A stretch of 64,000 nucleotides of DNA from an uncultured Candidatus Entotheonella sp. Its GTDB lineage: Bacteria; Tectomicrobia; Entotheonellia; Entotheonellales; Entotheonellaceae. The notes under the pieces are model-generated. The model was not told the DNA's origin, did not search any database, and was given only the letters and a program-made list of their open reading frames with translations. The position numbers were made by a program, and so were the translations under genes. The stretch's first letter is position 1; each line of letters starts with the position of its first letter. The stretch lies in NCBI GenBank assembly GCA_965215335.1, contig CBDCDA010000001.1, positions 928,001 to 992,000 on the forward strand, given 5' to 3'. Shown one piece after another: positions 58,136 through 64,000 of this stretch.

Positions 58136-59638
58136 ATGTTCGTTCAATCTGTTGCCGCAAACGTGGGACGATTGGCAATGACCCTCTTGTTCGCCCTGGC
58201 CTTGGCAGGCTGCGGTGACGATACCGATGGCACAGCCCCCGTGACGATGGACCCCCATGAACATGAGCATGAGCACGAAGGGGAACACGAAGGTGAATTT
58301 CCTGGCCGCCTGATGGTCATGGACGCTGAAAACTACCAACTCAATGTGTTCGATCTCGAATCCGAACGGGTTGTTGCGACGTTTGACGATCACGATGGGT
58401 TCGAGAAAGGGCAAGCGGATGGTTTCACACATTATGTGAGGGGGACCTCGGATGGCCGCTATGGTTTCGTATTACAGCGGTCAAGAAACCTCCCACTCGA
58501 TGACCCCTCGCTTGCGGAAAACAGAATTTTCGTCATCGACGGCGGGCTGACGGTTGAAGAACACGGAGGCCACCTTGACCCCGTATGGGGGACTCCTACT
58601 CTATTGCCCTATCGGCTGGGACACGGCGGGGGAGAAGTCGGCCTTTTCAACCCGGTTCACTTCGTCAGCCATCATGGCCTTACCGCCATCTTCTTCGATG
58701 GCATCGCCCCTAGCGCTGAAGGCGCGGAAGTGCAGGTGGATGAACAGAATGGCTTCGCCGTTGCCTACGATAACTCGGATTTCGATAGCGACACGCTCCC
58801 GGACCCGATTTTCGAACTCGACATCGGAAACTATTCTCACGGCGCCGCCGTGGCCGTTCACGATGATCTGTTCATCGTAACCTTGGCGGACCCGGCCGGT
58901 GGTCTGCCGAACGGTGTGGCAACCTACGACGGCCACGCCCACGATAATTCCGAGGTTGTGCAGACCTTTCCAGACACCTGCCCCCGTCTGCATGGCGAGG
59001 CGGTTTCGGGTCCTTACGTGGCGTTCGGCTGCCTGGATGGCGAGGGCATCCTGGTACTGATCCACGACGAAGAGAGCGATTCGTTTGACCACGCTGTAGT
59101 CGCTTATCCCGACTCCGACATGGGTTCAGGGGGGGTAGCTGGCGGCACGGGACCTTCAGGCGCAATTTTCATGGCCAGATACGGGGACAGGTTCATCAAG
59201 ATCACCAAGGATGATATTGAAGATGGGCTACAGGCGAATCCTGAAGTGATCGAGGTGGAAGCTGGCAACGAGCGGTACAGGGGCTTCGCCTTCGAACCCT
59301 ACATGGATCATAATTTCGGAGGAGAAGGCCGCTTCGTGGCGCTCAGTAGAACAACCGGAAACCTGTATATCTTCGACCTTACCATGGAAGCCGGTGAGGA
59401 ACTGGTCGGCCAGATAACGGGAATCGTGGGCGACACGAGCGAAGGTTGTCCGAACGACCAATGTCCTGACCTCGCGCTTGCCCCAGGCTTTGCGTATGTC
59501 AGCAACCCTACCGAAAACAAAGTCTACGAGGTGAACCTGGAGGAGGCCGAAATAGAACGTGAATTCGAGCTGAACGCCCCCGCCGAACTCGTGGTGTTCG
59601 GTTGGTTCGGGCTGGAAGAGGAGTTGGTGTTTCACTAG
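58136..59638 (+). CDS. His-rich acidic lipoprotein, AztD-like metallochaperone (beta-propeller)
   Basis: Lipobox LAGC; HEHEHEHEGEHEG tract; IDGGL.VEEHGGH, PVHFVSH, SHGAAV, CPRLHGEA, AFGCLDG. Confidence 0.78.
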   Translation: MFVQSVAANVGRLAMTLLFALALAGCGDDTDGTAPVTMDPHEHEHEHEGEHEGEFPGRLMVMDAENYQLNVFDLESERVVATFDDHDGFEKGQADGFTHYVRGTSDGRYGFVLQRSRNLPLDDPSLAENRIFVIDGGLTVEEHGGHLDPVWGTPTLLPYRLGHGGGEVGLFNPVHFVSHHGLTAIFFDGIAPSAEGAEVQVDEQNGFAVAYDNSDFDSDTLPDPIFELDIGNYSHGAAVAVHDDLFIVTLADPAGGLPNGVATYDGHAHDNSEVVQTFPDTCPRLHGEAVSGPYVAFGCLDGEGILVLIHDEESDSFDHAVVAYPDSDMGSGGVAGGTGPSGAIFMARYGDRFIKITKDDIEDGLQANPEVIEVEAGNERYRGFAFEPYMDHNFGGEGRFVALSRTTGNLYIFDLTMEAGEELVGQITGIVGDTSEGCPNDQCPDLALAPGFAYVSNPTENKVYEVNLEEAEIEREFELNAPAELVVFGWFGLEEELVFH

Positions 59639-59739
59639 TAGCCGGCGGGCCGGTCCCCTCTCTCCCCGCGCCCGCCACTGGGTCCATCGCTGCCGGATGC
59701 CCTCGGATGGGTAGACGCCGGGCGCCCGGCAGCGGTGGG

Positions 59740-60264
59740 TCACAGGGTCGATTGGCGCCATTCCTCCCGACGGATGCCGTACGCCAGGACCTCTTCCCCG
59801 TGCAAGTCCATGCGGCCTTGCAACCGCTGGCCGAGCTTCTCCGCCACCCGTAGCGACGCTGCGTTCTGCGGACGAATCAGACTGATGACACGGTCCCGCG
59901 CCATTTCGTCAAAAACGCAAGCCAAGGCGACCCGAGCGCCCTCCGTGGCATACCCCTGCCCCCAGGACGACCGGCGGATCGTCCAGGTCAATTCCAGGCC
60001 GGGCCATCCTGCCGGGTAGTACGGACCAATGCGTCCGACCAGTTCACCGCTGGCGCGTTCCTCGACCGCCCAGGGGCCAAAACCCAACAGTTGCCAGTGC
60101 CCCAGCAGCATGGCCATGTGCCGCCAGGCCTCCGAGGGCGACAGCGGCTGGCCGTGGGACAGATAGCGCGCCACCTCCGGGTCGGCCAGCATGTTCGCAT
60201 AGGCGTCGAAATCCGCCTGGCGGAACATCCGCAGGCGTAGCCGTGACGTTTCCAGCGTGGTCAT
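59740..60264 (-). CDS. GNAT acetyltransferase (RimJ/RimL-like)
   Basis: LETSRLRLR, WGQGYATEGA, NAASLRVAEKLG. Confidence 0.92.
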   Translation of the reverse strand: MTTLETSRLRLRMFRQADFDAYANMLADPEVARYLSHGQPLSPSEAWRHMAMLLGHWQLLGFGPWAVEERASGELVGRIGPYYPAGWPGLELTWTIRRSSWGQGYATEGARVALACVFDEMARDRVISLIRPQNAASLRVAEKLGQRLQGRMDLHGEEVLAYGIRREEWRQSTL

Positions 60265-60269
60265 GGCGC

Positions 60270-60617
60270 CTATTTCGCCGCCGTGATCATGATTTCCACC
60301 ATGTACTGCGGCGACGCCAGCTTGCTCTCCACGCAGGCGCGGGCCGGCGGGCTGGCGGGATCGATCCAGGCGTCCCAGGCCTCGTTGACAGCGCCGTAAT
60401 AGGCCATGTTGGCGAGCCAGACCTGGGCCGACAGCACCTTGGACTTGTCGCTGCCGCAGCGCGCCAGATAGGTGTCCACCTTGGCCAGAATCTGCTCCGC
60501 CTGCGCCTTCGGGTCGGCCACCGGATCGCTGGCCACGAGGCCGGCCAGATGCACGGTGGTGTCGGTTTCGACCGCCTGACTCATGCGCGGGCCGGTGTCG
60601 TGTCGCTTGATCGCCAT
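60270..60617 (-). CDS. RidA family protein (YoaB-like)
   Basis: RMSQAV, LAGLV, NEAWDAW, PPARACVE, VEIMITAA. Confidence 0.93.
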   Translation of the reverse strand: MAIKRHDTGPRMSQAVETDTTVHLAGLVASDPVADPKAQAEQILAKVDTYLARCGSDKSKVLSAQVWLANMAYYGAVNEAWDAWIDPASPPARACVESKLASPQYMVEIMITAAK

Positions 60618-60795
60618 CGTCGTCTCCTCTCGAGTTGGTTCGGTTTGCGGGCAGCAGCCGCTGCCCGGCGCGGCATCGTACCGGCTTCGCCGCCCCAGCG
60701 CAACAAGCCGAGATAACGCTTGCCAATGGCCAGCCGGATGCGTAGCCTATGACGCTATCGTTGTCGCTGCTCCACACAACAAGAGGAGACCCCGC

Positions 60796-61536
60796 ATGGA
60801 CGACGCAACGGCACCCCAAGGCACCTCGTTCTCATACAAACGGTTGATTCCCGTCGGGGTGCTGGTTCTCGGTCTCGTGGCGTTTTTCGTCTTCGACCTC
60901 GGGCGCTTCCTCAGCTTCGAAACGCTGCGCGAGAACCGCGCCACCCTGCTCGCCTGGGTGGATGCCTACGGCGTCATCGCTGCCCTCGTCTACATGCTCA
61001 TCTACGCCGTCGCCATCGCCTTTTCGCTGCCCGGTGGCGCTGTCCTGACCATCACCGGCGGCTTTCTGTTCGGCTCGCTCTGGGGCACCGTGTGCGTCGT
61101 CTTTGCCGCCACCGCGGGCGCCACGGCCCTCTTTCTGATCGCCAAGACCTCGTTCGGCGACGCGCTGCGGGCCAAGGCCGGCCCGGCGCTGCAAAAGATG
61201 CAGGAGGGCTTTCAGGAAGGCGCCCTGAGTTACTTGCTGGTGCTGCGCCTGGTGCCGCTCTTTCCGTTCTTTCTGGTCAATCTGGTGCCGGCGTTCCTGG
61301 GCGTTTCCCTGCGCGTCTACGTGCTGGGCACGTTCATCGGCATCATCCCCGGCACCTTCGTGTTCGCCACGGTGGGGGCCGGTCTTGGCAGCGTGTTCGA
61401 CCAAGGCGGTGCATTCAGTGCCGCCGGCATCCTTACGCCGCAGATCATCACGGCGCTCGTCGGTCTGGCCGTTCTGGCGCTGATCCCCGTCGTCTACAAG
61501 AAAATCAGGGCTCGCTCCGGCAAGACGCCCGCATAG
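60796..61536 (+). CDS. TVP38/TMEM64 (VTT/DedA) membrane protein
   Basis: SLPGGAVLTITGGFLFG, LRLVPLFPFFLVN, GIIPGT. Confidence 0.92.
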   Translation: MDDATAPQGTSFSYKRLIPVGVLVLGLVAFFVFDLGRFLSFETLRENRATLLAWVDAYGVIAALVYMLIYAVAIAFSLPGGAVLTITGGFLFGSLWGTVCVVFAATAGATALFLIAKTSFGDALRAKAGPALQKMQEGFQEGALSYLLVLRLVPLFPFFLVNLVPAFLGVSLRVYVLGTFIGIIPGTFVFATVGAGLGSVFDQGGAFSAAGILTPQIITALVGLAVLALIPVVYKKIRARSGKTPA

Positions 61537-61569
61537 TCCGGCACCCCGGACAAGCAGGAGGACGCGAAG

Positions 61570-63123
61570 ATGGCTCCCGAATCCGCTCAACACACCGGCG
61601 CTGCCGCTGTCGAGGTGGCGCCCGCCGACGAGCACAACCTGGACCTGCTGGCCAACACGCATCCCACCGACCATGAGAATCCCGCTCCGAACAACCCGTA
61701 CAATCTGGTGGTGCTGGGCGCGGGCACCGCGGGCCTGGTATCGGCCATCGGCTCGGCCGGGCTGGGGGCGCGAGTGGCGCTCATCGAGAGGCATCTGATG
61801 GGCGGCGACTGCCTGAATTACGGCTGCGTGCCGAGCAAGGGCATCATCCGCGCCGCCTCGGCATGGGCCGACGTGCGCGACGCGCCGTACTACGGCGTGC
61901 AGCCGAACGGCGAGGCAACGGTGGATTTCGGGGCCGCCATGGCGCGCATGCGGCGGCTGCGGGCGCAGATCAGCCGCAACGATTCGGTGCAGCGATACCG
62001 CGAGGCGGGCGTTGACGTGTTCCTGGGCGCGGGGCGATTTACCGGGCCGCGCGAGATCGAGGTCGGCGGGCAGACCCTGCGCTTTGCCAAGGCGGTGGTT
62101 GCCACGGGCGGACGCGCCGTGGCGCCGCCGGTGCAGGGGTTGGCCGAAGCCGGGTATCTGACCAACGAAACGGTGTTCAGCCTGACCGAACGCCCGGCGC
62201 GGGTCGCTGTCATCGGCGGCGGGCCGATCGGCTGCGAATTGGCCCAGACCTTTCGCCGCCTGGGTTCGACCGTCACGCTCATCCACACGGGCGACCACGT
62301 GCTCAACCGGGAAGACGCCGACGCCGCGCACCTCGTGCAGGAATCCATGCTGCGGGACGGCGTCGAACTGGCCCTGTCGGCCTCGCTGTTCGCCGTTGAG
62401 CTGAAGGACGCGGACAAGGTGCTACGCTACAAGGACGGCTCCGGCAACGACCGCGAAGTGGCGGTGGATACCATCATCGTCTCCGCCGGCCGCAGGGCGA
62501 ACGTCGATGGCTTCGGCCTGGAGACCGCCGGCGTGGCCTGCACGCCGCACGGCGTGCAGGTGGATGACAACCTGCGCACCAGCAACCCGCGCATCTTCGC
62601 CGCCGGCGACGTGTGCTCGCGCTTCCAGTTCACCCATGCGGCGGACTTCATGGCCCGCATCGTCATTGCCAACGCCCTGTTCAAGGGCCGCCAGAAGGCT
62701 TCGGCGCTGACGATTCCCTGGTGCACCTATACCGAGCCGCAGATCGCCCACGTGGGCCTGACCGAGGCCACCGCCGCGGCAGCCGGCACCGCCATCGACA
62801 CCTTCACGCAACCCTTCGACGACGTCGACCGGGCCATCCTCGACGGCGACGCGGAGGGCTTCGCCAAGGTGCACGTCCACAAAGGCAGCGACAAGATTCT
62901 GGGGGCTACCATCGTGGCGCGCAACGCCGGCGACATGATCGGCATCTACGCCACGGCAATGACTCACGGCCTGGGATTGGCCAAAATCTCCAAGGTCATT
63001 CTCCCCTACCCCACGCAGGCCGAGGCGGTGCGCAAAACGGCGGATCTGTACAACCGCACGCGCCTCACCCCCACGGTGCGCAAGATCATGGACAAGTGGC
63101 TGCGCTGGCAGCGCGGTCGGTAA
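61570..63123 (+). CDS. Class I pyridine nucleotide-disulfide oxidoreductase (MerA/LpdA-like)
   Basis: GAGTAG, GGDCLNYGCVPSK, GGGPIGCE, AAGDV, PYPT; no C-terminal Cys-Cys. Confidence 0.9.
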   Translation: MAPESAQHTGAAAVEVAPADEHNLDLLANTHPTDHENPAPNNPYNLVVLGAGTAGLVSAIGSAGLGARVALIERHLMGGDCLNYGCVPSKGIIRAASAWADVRDAPYYGVQPNGEATVDFGAAMARMRRLRAQISRNDSVQRYREAGVDVFLGAGRFTGPREIEVGGQTLRFAKAVVATGGRAVAPPVQGLAEAGYLTNETVFSLTERPARVAVIGGGPIGCELAQTFRRLGSTVTLIHTGDHVLNREDADAAHLVQESMLRDGVELALSASLFAVELKDADKVLRYKDGSGNDREVAVDTIIVSAGRRANVDGFGLETAGVACTPHGVQVDDNLRTSNPRIFAAGDVCSRFQFTHAADFMARIVIANALFKGRQKASALTIPWCTYTEPQIAHVGLTEATAAAAGTAIDTFTQPFDDVDRAILDGDAEGFAKVHVHKGSDKILGATIVARNAGDMIGIYATAMTHGLGLAKISKVILPYPTQAEAVRKTADLYNRTRLTPTVRKIMDKWLRWQRGR

Positions 63124-63141
63124 GGACAAGCGAGTGGCGCC

Positions 63142-63828
63142 ATGACCTCGATCGCTGTTGCCATCATGGCCAGACAGCCCGCACCGGGCACCGTGAAAAC
63201 CCGCCTGCGCCCGTTCCTGTCGGATAACGACATCGCGGCGCTGTACGAGAGTTTTCTGCGCGACCGGATCGGCCAGGTGAGGTCCCTGGACGGCGCCGTC
63301 CCCGTCATCGCCTACACGCCGGCCGAAAGCCGCCCCTTCTTTGCGGAACTGGCGCCTGACTTCCTCCTGCTGCCACAGGTTGGCGACGGCTTGTCCACCC
63401 GGCTGACCTGCATTTTCCAGCAGCTGCTGGATAGGGGCCACAGCGGGGTCATCGCCACCGACAGCGATTCGCCCACCCTGCCCGCGGATCACCTGCAACG
63501 CGCTGTGGACAGCCTCGCGGCCCCCGGTGCCGACGTGGTGCTGGGACCGAGCGACGATGGCGGCTACTATCTGATCGGCTTGCGACGGCTGCACCCCGCC
63601 TTTTTCGACGCCATGCCGTGGAGTACGCCGCAGGTGTTTGACGAGACCCGGCGCCGCACCGTGGAACTGGGTCTGCCGGTGACGGCACTGCCGGGTTGGT
63701 ACGACGTGGATACGCCGGTGGCGTTCGAGCGCCTGCGTGCCGAAATAAACGAGTTGGGCGCCGTCGCGCCGCAGCACACGTGGCGATTCTTCGCCGCTCG
63801 GGAACCGGAAAGACGTAGATCGGATTAG
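63142..63828 (+). CDS. TIGR04282/DUF2064-like glycosyltransferase
   Basis: ARQPAPGTVKTRL, SDSPTL, VLGPSDDGGYYLIG, MPWST, WYDVDT. Confidence 0.88.
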   Translation: MTSIAVAIMARQPAPGTVKTRLRPFLSDNDIAALYESFLRDRIGQVRSLDGAVPVIAYTPAESRPFFAELAPDFLLLPQVGDGLSTRLTCIFQQLLDRGHSGVIATDSDSPTLPADHLQRAVDSLAAPGADVVLGPSDDGGYYLIGLRRLHPAFFDAMPWSTPQVFDETRRRTVELGLPVTALPGWYDVDTPVAFERLRAEINELGAVAPQHTWRFFAAREPERRRSD

Positions 63829-63884
63829 TCACCGGGCACAATCCGGCATTCCAAAACCATAACCATGCGAAACAGGAACCACCC

Positions 63885-64000
63885 ATGCGCATTCTGATTA
63901 TGGGAACCGGCGGCTTGGGCGGCTATTTCGGTGGCCTGCTGGCTCGGGCTGGCGGCGACGTGACCTTCATCGCCCGCGGCGCGAACCTGCAGGCACTGCA
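63885..64000 (+). CDS. panE: Ketopantoate reductase family, N-terminus (runs off the window)
   Basis: MRILIMGTGGLGGYFGGLLARAGGDVTFIARG. Confidence 0.85.
   Translation, partial: MRILIMGTGGLGGYFGGLLARAGGDVTFIARGANLQAL

Noticed and set aside
61570..63123. Mercuric reductase merA
   Set aside because: No C-terminal Cys-Cys, no NmerA domain and no mer operon genes.

Overview
High-GC bacterial chromosomal window. Gene content (many LLM/F420, DinB, SDR, CocE, CoA-transferase and solute-binding proteins, NiSOD, coiled-coil and TbpB-like lipoproteins) resembles marine or sponge-associated lineages such as Tectomicrobia; this taxonomy is inference only. Bases 1-41.3 kb are accessory metabolism and metal/oxidative-stress genes: di-heme cytochrome c peroxidase, divergent sodN/sodX, tungstate ABC (tupBCA), a sugar-type ABC transporter, a Fur-boxed imelysin plus di-heme oxidoreductase pair, a sodium:solute symporter operon, prpB, a DNA methyltransferase with a decayed endonuclease, and copC. 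Bases 41.3-52.4 kb are core genome: tRNA-Glu, tRNA-Lys, ilvE, a pseudo-receiver/Fis protein, a half-GlmU, pcrA, gatCAB, polA and tRNA-Ala. The rest holds a Tat-lipoprotein flavin amine oxidase, clpB, a cupin, an AztD-like His-rich lipoprotein, GNAT/RidA, and a TVP38 + flavoprotein disulfide reductase + TIGR04282-like glycosyltransferase operon. The most unusual signals are: (i) several collapsed genes that keep recognisable segments joined across large internal deletions (CitE, carboxyltransferase, restriction endonuclease), plus an SDR tail; (ii) a 102-bp CGTC-type REP doublet sitting exactly in frame in a probable signal-peptide region; (iii) an NtrC-like protein lacking its AAA+ domain, coupled to a GlmU lacking its acetyltransferase domain; (iv) a small low-GC phage-like two-ORF insert. 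No CRISPR array, rRNA, transposase or integrase was seen. All family assignments are from motif recognition by eye, not database searches.
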